A program made the translations under genes and the position numbers. DNA of 64,000 nt from a virus, in the IMG/VR virus record IMGVR_UViG_3300044568_002423; one strand, given 5' to 3'. Below the pieces are notes generated by a model. The model saw only the letters and a list, made by a program, of their open reading frames with translations. It was not told where the DNA came from and did not search any database. Positions 29,420-41,000 of this stretch are shown one piece after another. Each line of letters opens with the position of its first letter. Position 1 is the stretch's first letter.

Positions 29420-30484
29420 CTAATATCTCACTACCACTATACCGGACCCGCCAGTGACACCACCACCACCGCCAGCACCGCCGCCACCGCCTGTATTTGT
29501 ACCGCCAACACCACCGCCATTGCCATGTGTACCATTATTAGTGCCAGGACCGCCTTGATTTAAAGCCTGTCCACCGCCAAAACCAGTACTGTATGTTAAC
29601 GGAGTTCCTGGAAAATAATGAGCCGCTCCGCCACCGCCACCGCCTATACCGCCAAATCCGCCGCCACCATCACATATGTGAGGTCCACTAGCACCACCGC
29701 CAGCCCAATATAGTACGTCGCCTAATATATCACTAGCGGCACCAGGTCCGCCACTCGTTGCTGTTTGTTGATTTTCATCTTGTGCCGCCAAACCTGGTCC
29801 ACCAGCGCCACCGCCGCCACCGCCATTATGAGTATTTTCAGCATCGTCGTTGAATCTTACGCCAGAACCACCTGGAAATCCTTGACCGGTTAACCCAAGT
29901 CCACCAAAACTCCTGGCTCGACTCCCATCAGCATCAGTATTTGCACCTCCCCCGCCAGAACCGCCATTACACGCAGCTGGAGCTGCAGTATTATTCCACC
30001 AATTAGAATGGCCGCCACCTGTTGCGGTAGTTGAACCAAACGTGGTATTGCCGCCAGCAGCAGTTGAACCTGCTCCAACACTTAATGGTATACCAACCCC
30101 AGCGGTTACTGGATAGGCACGGTTAAAGATCATTCCGCCGCCACCACCGCCGCCGCCCCAACTACTATGCCCACCACCGCCGCCACCAGCAACTGTTAAT
30201 ACTTGAACATATCCGGTAAAAGTAGGAGTAAATGTAGCGGCGCCGACTGCTGTAAATTGATGAACAACCCCACCACCCAACAGTGATATGGAATTTCCAC
30301 CAGTTCCTATTGAGCCATTACTATAACCGGTGACGGGCCGCCAATTGGTGCCATCGTAATATTCCATAATGGTAATAGTTGTATTGTATCGCATCATTCC
30401 TCGTGTGGGAGATGCTGGACGTTGTGCGGTTGTGCCGGATGGAAGTGTTAAATCAGTAAACGTACTTGATAATAGAGTAGCCAT
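29420..30484 (-). CDS. Glycine-rich (polyglycine) adhesin-like protein, paralogue A
   Basis: N-terminal LPSGTTAQRP...GMMRYNT...EYYDG..W module plus Gly-rich domain ending GGSGIVVVRY. Confidence 0.75.
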   Translation of the reverse strand: MATLLSSTFTDLTLPSGTTAQRPASPTRGMMRYNTTITIMEYYDGTNWRPVTGYSNGSIGTGGNSISLLGGGVVHQFTAVGAATFTPTFTGYVQVLTVAGGGGGGHSSWGGGGGGGGMIFNRAYPVTAGVGIPLSVGAGSTAAGGNTTFGSTTATGGGHSNWWNNTAAPAACNGGSGGGGANTDADGSRARSFGGLGLTGQGFPGGSGVRFNDDAENTHNGGGGGGAGGPGLAAQDENQQTATSGGPGAASDILGDVLYWAGGGASGPHICDGGGGFGGIGGGGGGAAHYFPGTPLTYSTGFGGGQALNQGGPGTNNGTHGNGGGVGGTNTGGGGGAGGGGGVTGGSGIVVVRY

Positions 30485-30488
30485 AAAA

Positions 30489-31598
30489 TTATTTAGTGCC
30501 TTTTAATTGATCTATTTCCATTTTTAACATTTTCACTGCTTCTATCAAATATGCAGTAAATTTAGTATATTGAATACCATATGGTTTTCCCTGTTCATCC
30601 AATGTTACTATATCGGGTATTACTTTATAGACTTCTTCGGCAATTAAACCAGCTTCATTATAATGAGTTCCATCTTTGCGATCGTATGTCACACCAGTCA
30701 ATCGTGAAATTGTATTTAACGCATCAGTTATTGGATTGACATTTTCCTTAATGGCGATACTTGATTGTTCAGTAAAGGTACTAGATATTGTTAGAGCACC
30801 AGCGCCAGATAATGTCATGATATTAGAAGCGGCGGCGTACCATTTATGACTAGCACCACTGTTGGAAACACTATACCATAACTCACTACCTGCCATGCCC
30901 ATTGCGTAATCTGTCTGTGTAGCAGATATATCGGGGTAAAATACGATCTTTGTTCCAGCAGATCTAGTAGTAGTTGCCGGAACAGCAGTACCAGCAGTAC
31001 TAAAATCTATTCGATTACCAGAAGTGCCATTTAAATACAATTGGCCACTACCAGTAGCGGCATTATTGGCAGCAGTTGATTGGATTTGTCCAGTGGCCGT
31101 AACTGAACTAAAACGCCCAGTACCCGCAGTTGTTGCACCAACATTAACATTATCCATTGTTCCAGTAGTAGCAGGACTAATAGTAACCACCCCAGTTCCA
31201 CTTGGGCTAATTACAACATTGGCATTAGCGGGACTTAATGTAACTGCCGCACTAGCATTGATAGTAGTAGCTACTAAAACCCCACCATTTTCATTAATTA
31301 TAACATAATTCGTACCATCTGATGCCAAGGTAATGGTAGTTAGTGTTGGAATGGTTTGTGAACTAGTTCCAGAACTACTCGGTCCTTTAAATATACCGGA
31401 TGGAGTTGTAATTGTAATTACCCCAGACGTGGCATTATAGAATGTCTGTGTTTCTCCAAAATAAATAGTTGGATTTGGTATGGTTACTGTGTAGGGAGCC
31501 GTACCGGTAAATTGAGTAAATAAACCTTGTGCGGGAACCGCAACTGTGCCGGATGCAGTGACTGTATTTGCTGATGCTATGGTATTATATCTTGCCAT
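30489..31598 (-). CDS. Tail/fibre protein, copy A, with C-terminal intramolecular chaperone (peptidase S74) domain
   Basis: SSIAIKENV...L.GVTY...GLIAEEV...P..V...IQY......LIEAVK.L..EI..LK. Confidence 0.85.
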   Translation of the reverse strand: MARYNTIASANTVTASGTVAVPAQGLFTQFTGTAPYTVTIPNPTIYFGETQTFYNATSGVITITTPSGIFKGPSSSGTSSQTIPTLTTITLASDGTNYVIINENGGVLVATTINASAAVTLSPANANVVISPSGTGVVTISPATTGTMDNVNVGATTAGTGRFSSVTATGQIQSTAANNAATGSGQLYLNGTSGNRIDFSTAGTAVPATTTRSAGTKIVFYPDISATQTDYAMGMAGSELWYSVSNSGASHKWYAAASNIMTLSGAGALTISSTFTEQSSIAIKENVNPITDALNTISRLTGVTYDRKDGTHYNEAGLIAEEVYKVIPDIVTLDEQGKPYGIQYTKFTAYLIEAVKMLKMEIDQLKGTK

Positions 31599-31623
31599 TT
31601 ATTTGTTCTCGTTAAAGGTAGTA
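30832..31623 (-). repeat. Long direct repeat, copy A (pairs with ~11080-11874)
   Basis: See copy B; offset 19749 bp at the start codons; left boundary approximate. Confidence 0.9.
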
Positions 31624-31639
31624 CGCGTAAACGTACTAC
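31618..31639 (-). other. Intergenic hairpin (possible weak terminator or processing site)
   Basis: GTAGTACG-6 nt-CGTACTAC, a perfect 8-bp stem. Confidence 0.5.
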
Positions 31640-31652
31640 TTTGTGTTCGACA

Positions 31653-31982
31653 TTATGCCGTTGATGTTTCTATGCCATATACAGTAGCATTTACTACAGC
31701 GCCAGTGCTAGCCAATGCTACCACGTTTAAGCCAGGTTGTGCTACTAATCCAGTTCTTTCAAAAACCCCATAAGCAACTATGGTTGTTTGTTGTTCAATC
31801 CATTCAGTTGCACCTGGTGATGTAGTGGCAGCTAATGCCAATTTTATAGTTACCGCACTAGCACTGGTGTTAGTTAGTGATACGTTAAAAATACTATAAT
31901 ATCCAGTTGGTACTGTATATAGTGTGGTGTTGCCGGTCCCTAATTGAAGGGACCCGCCGATTGTTAATCTTCCTGTTGCCAT
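31653..31982 (-). CDS. Small beta-rich virion protein (110-aa paralogue family)
   Basis: TTLYTVP...VSLTN...; similar in length and pattern to 51772..52104 and 60456..60788. Confidence 0.6.
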   Translation of the reverse strand: MATGRLTIGGSLQLGTGNTTLYTVPTGYYSIFNVSLTNTSASAVTIKLALAATTSPGATEWIEQQTTIVAYGVFERTGLVAQPGLNVVALASTGAVVNATVYGIETSTA

Positions 31983-32002
31983 TATTTATTTCTCCGTTAA
32001 CT

Positions 32003-32010
32003 TATTTATC
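32003..32010 (-). promoter_or_regulatory. Late-type promoter GATAAATA (overlaps the upstream stop codon)
   Basis: Motif match upstream of the 109-aa gene / fibre A / Gly-rich operon. Confidence 0.45.
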
Positions 32011-35000
32011 TTTGGTTGAAGAACATCAAAGCTACTGGAGCTCCATCAATTCCGCCTGTGAAATACATCTTGGATGATACCACTATCGCCGATCCGGTAG
32101 TATTTTGAATAGTATTACCTGCGATATATATCTGTCCTGCTGTCAATGTATTTACGTTTAATGCGCTAGCACCACCACCAATTTGAGATGTGATAAATGA
32201 TTTGATAGCTTTTTGTGTTGGTACTATATTGTCACTGTTAGCGGTGAAATATGGGTCTGTACTAAATTGTGTAATAGTAGCACTACCTACTCCTAAACTC
32301 ACTGAGCCTAATGTCAAACTTTGTAAACCTGACAGATTAAACGCACTAGCATTCAATGTTGCCGTACCGGTAGATTGTTGAACACCAAATAAGTTTCCAA
32401 CGTTAAAGTTACCGTCTTGGTCAGTACTGGTAAAGAATACTCGTCCACCACCAGTAGATAATTGTTGACTAGCTTGGATGGCTTTTGTCGCATCAACGTT
32501 TGGATAGTCGGTTGCTGTTTGATTTCCAGTACCTATATAGAGGAAATCGTGACCAGTTAACCGAACTTGACTATAATTTAAATTAGTAGTAATCAATGTT
32601 CCATGCGGAGGAGCTAACAAAGTAGATAATCCAGGATTTAATTGGAATGTTGCAGTATAATTACCAGGAATTCCTAGAATATTTGATACAGCAACTAACT
32701 TATACCAGCTTGCGCTACCAGAAATAGTACTAAACACTATATTCGCACCCGGTGTTGGTAAACTATACAAATTAGCAACGTTTATAAATGTACCAGGTTG
32801 ATATAATTCTGAATATCCATCACCAGTTACCGTAGCAGTAGCCGTTGCGTTTGCTGTTCCGCGATTACTAAAACTAGGATTACCCAACGCTCCATTGCCT
32901 ATACGTGCTATTACAGGAGCGGTATTAACTCTGTTTGGATCGACTTGTGTAATAATTGGACTAGCAAAGTATGTCATGCCAGAAATAGATACACTAGTTA
33001 AATCTAATGCAGTTCCACCAGACGTTGCTGATATTTGAAATTGAGTAGAGGTAATACTTCCACTTACCACATAGTAATATATCCCAGTAGTAATTCCACC
33101 AGCACTAGTTCCATTGAATATTATAGGTTGATTAGCTATTAAATTAGCAGTAGTATCAACGGTTATCAATTTAGTACCAGTAGTTGTAGCACTAACGTTG
33201 CCACGTGGGAAACCATTGCCTGGTTCAACCATTCTAACTTCTGTTACTTTATTACCTATAACCTTAATACGTCCCAATGGTTTGGCACCAGTCGCTATAC
33301 TGGCTGCTATTGTTCCACTTGTAGTAGATATAGCCACCCAAGTTGGTACAGCCCCAAGAGTAGTTGATTTTGGATTTCCAAAAGCAACTGATTTCCATCC
33401 AGTAGTAGCAGGCATTGTTTGTACGACCCAGTTTACACCATCCCAACTTGTTGCGCACACATTAGTAGCGGAAGCAATTGCGTAGAATAACCCATCGCCA
33501 TAAGAAATCTTAACCCATGTCAAACTACTTGAAAGACCAGCATTTAAGGATTGCATCCATGATGTTGCTAAATCATAACTGTAAGCAATGGTACCATTAG
33601 CAGCCAATGCGACAAAACGACCATTTCCATATGCTACACTTGCCCAAACAGTAGAAACCGGTAATACTCCGCCAACTGTCCAAGTTGTTCCGTTAGTAGT
33701 GTATGATGTTGCCGTTCCACTAGTTGCTGGAACAGCGACAAAATAACCATTTCCGTATGCGACTGCCGCATACGTTACCGAACCAGTAATTGGACTAGAT
33801 ACCCAACTTGCTGTACTTGGATTGCCGGATAATTTAACAGCACTTGGTGTTGTAGAAGTACCACCAACCGCAATATAAATATTATTACCATATGCCAAAC
33901 CATTAAGATTTGTTAAAGCAGTATTGCTAAATGTTGATACCCATGCGGAACCTAACGCAGTTGGTAATTGATAAGCAGCAGCATTTGAAGCACTAGAAAT
34001 TGCCACGAATGCGGATTGCGGATCAGTAATAGTTATGGTTGGAACCGCTGTATATCCATAACCACTAGTAGTAACAGCAATGCTACTAACACCATAATTT
34101 GTTACAGTGGCGGTACATACCGGCAATGTTCCAGAATAAGTCAGTGATACCGTACCATTTGTACTAGTACCACTAGTAAATATTGGACCAGTTGTAGTAA
34201 ATGTACCAACATTAGTTGCTAGATAGTAGTTTCTTATTGTAGAAATATTATCAAAATAATAGTATGTACCAATTACTGATGTTCCGCCATTTGTCCATGC
34301 CACTGCCGTAAACGGAGGGGAAATAGTAACAGTTGGTAGGGAGAAATAATTTTTACCCCATGTATCAACAGACACGCTAGATAGTGAAGTGGTAACAACT
34401 GAAACAGTTGCGCCATTTCCATAACCACCACCATTTATATCCATCGTTACAGTTTTTATAACTCCATTAAGTACAGTACATGTTGCCGCAGCGCCAGAAC
34501 CACCACTAACTGGTGTTACAACTATAGTTGGTGGAGTTAGATAATTATACCCACCAGAAACAATAGTTATACCAATCACCTGACCGGCACTTGTTCCCGT
34601 GCCAATAATGGCAGTCATTACCGCACCAGTACCACCAAATCCACCGATGTTTGCTGTAGCGGTAGCATTACTTCCACCACCATAAACTACATTATTCCAT
34701 GTTGTACTAGCTGGTAATATACCACCAGTAGTCCATGTAGTACCATTTGTGCTATATGAGGTAACGTTTGAACCAGCTGCTACCGAGACAAAGTTGCCCT
34801 GTCCATAAGTAACTCCACCCCAAGTTGCAGTAGCGGATAATGTTCTAGAAGTTGAAGTAAATCCAGGACTTGTGTATGAAATTGATGGTTCAATTATATA
34901 ACTGGAAGTCAAATCCATGCTATTAGAAACTGCATATCCAGGAATGACATGATCCCATCCAGCCGCATATGTTGGTACGCTTATAGTTCCAGTTATAGTT

Positions 35001-38000
35001 GTACTAGAAACTGATTGACTATTACTGACAGTCCAAGTAGAACCACTTCCAGAACCACTGATATTTGCAGTAATGTAAGTATTAGCAGATACATTAGTAC
35101 CGGTTAATAATTGACCAATAGTAATCGTACCTGAACTCAAAGTACCAACTGTCAACGTAGTCGCAAGAATAGTTGATGATGCCATAACAGCAGGTGTTGC
35201 GCTAACCGCAGTCAGAGTCGATACCCCGCCACCACTAGAAGTCGACACCGAAAATGCCGTAGTGGTAAAGTTAGTAGCACTGACATAATACAATGTTGAA
35301 GTGGTTAATCCAGCTACATTTGCCGCTAAGTAAATTGGCATATTGGCATATAATGTCGCAGTACTCGCTACTGTAAATGCCGTAGTGGTACTAGCAGTAA
35401 TAATTAATGGAACAAAATTAGGTTTATACACCAACATAATTTTGGTACCACTATTATAACTTAAAATACTTGCGTATTGACCAACGCCCGTTCCAGCAAG
35501 TAGTTGAATTCTCATACCAACATACGCAGAAGACAATGCGATATCTGTATTGGCAATTGTTATTTGACCAATTGAGCCAGCTTGCGCAGAGTTTGTAGCT
35601 GTCAAATAATTACTTCCACCAGTTCCCAATCCATCATTTAAATCTATTAAGCGAGTTTCAAATACAGCAGCATCACGTAATTCATCACCAACCGCAATTG
35701 CGTTATAACCAGAACCACTGATGTTTGGTAACACATTAGTATATGCGTTTCCTGCGTTTTGATATTCTATTCGTAATATTTGGTTAGCACCATCAGTGAC
35801 AACATTAGTAATATATGCTTGATTTGCTCTATTATTTACAGTAGCATAAATTGGTGCTTCATATGAATCAATACCTTCGGCAATTACACCGTATGTTCCG
35901 TATGAACTATTACCATTAGTAGCCCGTATACGTCCACCCAACTCAGCAAGATATCCAGTATAGCCGTAATATGAGAATACAGATACCAATTCAGTCAATG
36001 AATTAGTACCAGTGCACCATACGCCAATTCCGTCACTTAAAACCTGAGTAAAGTCATTGGCCACAATAGATCTATTACCGCCATCATGAAGAGAAGAATC
36101 AACTTTCAAACCAACACACCCACTACCAAAAGTTGTAATATTTTGTACATAGCAACTTCTTACACTTGCCCATGAATTACTATCGTTTGGACCAAACCCT
36201 GGATCAAGACTCACATATGCGCCAGCAGTAGGTCGACGAGTACCGTAACTATTTGGAATAGACAAACTTCCAGCCAACCCATTTAGTGTCATGTTTCTAA
36301 GTCCAGTACCATTTCTTACATGGAACATATTATTTGCTTGTGAACCACTTTGGGCAGAAATATATAACTGAGCAGCTCGTAATGATTTGTAATTACCAGT
36401 CCAGCTTAAATCATATATCAATCCTTCTAAGTACAATGTTGCATCACGTACCGCTTTAGAGAAAATATAATAGTAGGTTACAGTTGCTGTACCACTACTA
36501 GTTGATAAAGAAGATGGTACTTGTGTGCCAGTTCCAGCTTGTGTTACCGTCATGGTAAAAGTAGTTGAACTTGGAACGGTTAATACAAAGTATTGCGTAT
36601 TAGCAACGATGTTACCAAATGTAGTGCCACTAAAAATAATTGGATCACCAATTGATAAGTTATGTGCATATTCGGTTGTTACTATATTTGTAGTAATAGT
36701 CGTATTAGTAACAGTACCACCAAATATAGTACCTACATATGCAGACATCTCATTTGCTAAGAATGGGATGTTTTTACGTAATATTTCACCGCCTTGTTGA
36801 GTAGATAATGTATTGTTATATGTTAATGTGCCATTAACAGCAGTAACAGTTAACCCCTGTTGAGTACTAATACCAGCAGTTACACCAGCAGCTAATCCAG
36901 TTAAACTATTAGTAATAACCAAAGTAGCGTTGCTTCTAAATTTGGAAGTTACTGTCAAGGCAGTAGCGCTTGATATTGAGTTAATCCAATATGTATTTCC
37001 AGAAACCAATCCACCAGCAGTATTAGCAGTTAATGTCATAGTACCAGAACCAACTGTTACAGTTTTTACTGTACCTCCTAATGTATTACTGATTGTTATA
37101 GTGCCTCCAACTCCTGGAGTTGGTATAGTTTTAACATAATATATTTGGTTAAATACCAATCCACCAAATGTCACACCGGTAAACCATACTTGTTGTCCAA
37201 TCACCAACCCAACAGTAGTCGCTACGGTAATAAGGCTTCCAGAAACAGTAGTTGCGGTAGCCGTTGTAGTGATATTAGCAGGAAGACTACTGAATACAAC
37301 CGGCATGTCAACTGACAGCCCAACCGTTGTATTTACAGTTATCAAATTAGTGCTAGTAGTTACTGCAGTAACTGGTATTATCACACTACTACCAGTTATA
37401 GTAGTTGTTAGTCCAAGACCTCCATATATACCATATATAGTAGCAGTCATAACTCCAATAACTGTTGAGGTTATTGGAAAGACACTTCCATTAAATGATG
37501 TGCTTACTGTTATTTGTGTACTGTTTACAACACCACTTACATAATAGGCACCAGCTGATAAATTACCGATTCCACCACCAGAAAATGTTATTTGTAGCCC
37601 AGGGACGATACCACTAGTAGTTCCTAATGTGATATAGTTTGTTCCAGTTGTTACTTTTGAAGCAGTAGTGGTGATAGAACTAACTTCTTGGCTATAATTC
37701 AATAACCAACTTGTTCCACTTCCTGATATAATTTGTACACCAGAAACAATACCAACTCCACTTAGTTTCATCCCTACAGTAATAGTACCACTAGTAACAC
37801 TATTGACTGTCAAAATTGTTCCAGTTATAGAACCATTAAATAATGCAGATACACTAGGTTGGCCATTGATATTAGCAATCATGTCATCAATAGTAGTTTG
37901 AACCTGTGCTGAGCTTCCACTAGCGGCAATTTGTTTAACTTTACTTCCTATAAAACCAATAGAACCGTAAGTTGAATCAGCAAATAGTGATTTTAATGTA

Positions 38001-41000
38001 ATTACAGATGGTATTATTCTATTGTATGCGCGTCCAGAAATGATAGAGTAGAAATTACTATCAAGTAATATATCATAACTCAATGCGGTGACGATATATC
38101 CAGCATCTCTATTTGTTAAAGGTAAGCTAGGACTTTGATTTTGGTAAAAACGAGTAACCCATGATTGAGCATCATTTTGTATTTCCGTAGTGCGAGCTTG
38201 TATGGCATCAAAAGCAGCTTGTTTGTTACCATTAACCAGAGAATAAGCACCAGATACAACAGGTGTTATTGTAAATGTACCAGTAATTCTGGTAGCTGTT
38301 GATACTGTTTGACTTTTACTTACAGTCCAGCTTGTCCCACTTCCTGCTGTTAAATATGTACCAGGAGCGATTCCTGCAGTGGCGACCATTTTTCCAGTAG
38401 CGGTGGTTAAAATAGGACTAGTAGTAGTACCAAAGTTATATAGAGTAACAGTACTTCCAACAATAGTATCAATGACATAAGATGTAGTAGTAAGACCGCC
38501 AAATATATCATATGTTCCATATCCATATGGTTTACTAAATGTAAGTATCATTCCAGATACCAATCCAGTAACCGATGCCAATGTAACAACATTTGTTGTA
38601 GCAGTAGTATTGGTAACATATGTGCTTAAAGTAGTACCAGTGATACATTGACCAATCGCCAATCCAGTTCCACTACTGACAGTTAAGGTTGTTCCGGTAA
38701 TAGTTCCACTAGTTGTTCCAGTTGAAGTATTTTGAAAACTATTGTTTAACCAATATAAAATATCAGCAATACGTGCTTGAGCAAATGACGCAGCTATAGC
38801 AGTTCCAGCAGTAGCAGATACATCCTGTATTGTTGTATTTCCAGCACTTGGAGTAACTCCAGTAGTTTGGATAATTTGTCCAATTATCACACTTAATCTA
38901 TTTAATGCCGCCAATACGCCAGGTAGGTAAGTCGGTACAATCAAGGCAGTATTCAAACTATAATAAGAACGGCCAGAAATCAATGATTGATCGTTACAGC
39001 CATATGTCATATCATATCGAATAGCATCCAATATATCACTTAAATCACGAATAGTTTCAGCTTGATATGTTGCACCATATGCCGACCATGCTGGGTTTGT
39101 CAATGTGTTGTTTAAATAATTTACAATTTCATCTTTTATAAATTGATAGTTGTTAACTATTTGAGTAACGCCGTCACCATAACCAATTAACCAAGATGTA
39201 TTATATCCCGGCAAGGTTGGCATAACAAAAGCAGGCGCTTGGATGGTACCGTTTACTAACATATCTTGTATAATAGCAGTATTATCAATCACTTGATTAA
39301 CTGCAGAAATGGAGCCTAAATCACCAGTTGATGTTTGTTTAGCAGTAAAATTAGCAGCAGTTGAAGAAACCATATAACTAATATAATTTATAGATTGTTC
39401 AGTTGCGCCTAACTCTGGACCAGTTACTAATGCTTCTGCTGATGCGTTATTACGATAATATGCACGACCAGAAATCATACTATAATAAGTTGCCCCTAAT
39501 AACATATCAGAAGATAATGCGTCAGTTATAGTACCGGCATCTCGATAAGTTAATGTGCTACTTATATTCAATGTTGGATAAGTCATAGCAACCCAATTCG
39601 TTATAGTAGTTTGAATACGTGGCTTATCAATCAATATGTTTGTGTATGCGCGAACTTTATCAGCATTTACCCAAGTTGAGCAAAATGGGATAGTGGCATT
39701 AGCTGTTGCATTATTGATCCAATCAATTATATCTTGTACTCTAGCTTGGGCAAAAACACCAGCGAAGGCGGAACCGGGTGTACCGGCAATTACTTGTGAT
39801 GCCGTATAGCCACTAGATTTTGTCCATCCTGCAGTATTGGCAACTATAATGTTGTCAATTATATCTTTAAGACGGGTAAGAGCGGCAACAGTTGCAACTA
39901 GTATAGAACCAGAAACTTGTAATACTCCTTGTGTATAATAGCTATCACCATCTTTAAGACTTTGTGTATTTCCACCGTATGTCATATCATATACCACAGA
40001 ATCAATGGCATAACTAATATCACGTAATGATTGCCCTTTTTGGGTAGCTGTCAGTCCAGACCAGCTAAATCCACCGCCGGTATATCCAGTTAAATACCCA
40101 CCTATTTCTGTTTGTAAGAATGTACGATTTTGTAAAAGTTGAGCAACGCCATCACCATAACCAGCACTGTTACCACTTGTATTACCAACACAACCATATG
40201 CAACATGAGTCAATGTTGAAGTATTATATCCAGTTGGTGTCGATAAGGTATAGGTTCCAGCATTTGGTACAGTTACAGTTTCGGCAGTTAATACTATAGA
40301 GGTAGTACCAGCACCAGGAAGCTCAGCTAATCCACCACTTAAAATTGTTTGAATAGTAGCAGTATTGGTAATAACAGACTGAGTAGCAGTTGAATAAGTT
40401 GGTGAACCTAAAAATGCTTGCGAATATGTATTTCCAGGTGTTTTTGTCACAGGTGCGTTAGCCAATATAGCAGGAACCAATGATTGAAGTCGTTTTATCG
40501 CAGAAATAGTTTTTGGTTTATCATTGACCAAATTTGAAACGGCTCTAGAAGCTTGAATTATAGTACTACGTAATTCATCACCAAGTATGGCAGTATCCAA
40601 TGGTACAACAATAGGAGTAAATTCATTGTATGTTCCAGTTTTTACATATATTGAAGCATGTGGTCTAGCTAAATCAGGAATACTCGCATATGTACCAGCA
40701 AGTAACGCATCTTTAATAATGTCACATAGAGTCGTTGAAATTGTCAACGCAGTTGTTTCACTAGTATAGTCGGTATTAATTATCTGTAATGCTTGTGAAC
40801 TAGCAGTAACTCCATTTAGTGTTTGATAATTGCTAGCAGGTGCGGAATTATTACATATACTTGGTATTAAGTAAGTTTCTAAATATGCAAGTCCTGCTAC
40901 AAATTGTGGCAATTCATATAAAAAAGTAGTCGTAATAAAACTAGTTATTGTTGAAAAAAATGATAAAGTTTTTGTACGAGTTTTAAAGTTACCACCATGT

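Noticed and set aside
27149-30081. Pro-rich plus-strand ORFs and other short alternate-frame ORFs throughout the track
   Set aside because: They are antisense or alternate-frame shadows of Gly/Thr-rich genes, with no supporting signals.
27142-30484. CCACCGCC-type tandem repeats as CRISPR or satellite DNA
   Set aside because: They are simply polyglycine codons; there is no repeat-spacer periodicity.
8900-31598. Diversity-generating retroelement acting on the tip genes
   Set aside because: No reverse transcriptase; no non-coding template repeat seen; differences between the repeat copies are not adenine-specific.
11080-31623. Invertible shufflon (Gin/Cin-type) fibre switch
   Set aside because: The repeats are direct, not inverted, and there is no site-specific recombinase in the window.
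36330-40550. Intein or intron explaining the large insertion
   Set aside because: No intein terminal motifs or endonuclease seen; the insert is in-frame and made of fibre-like repeats.
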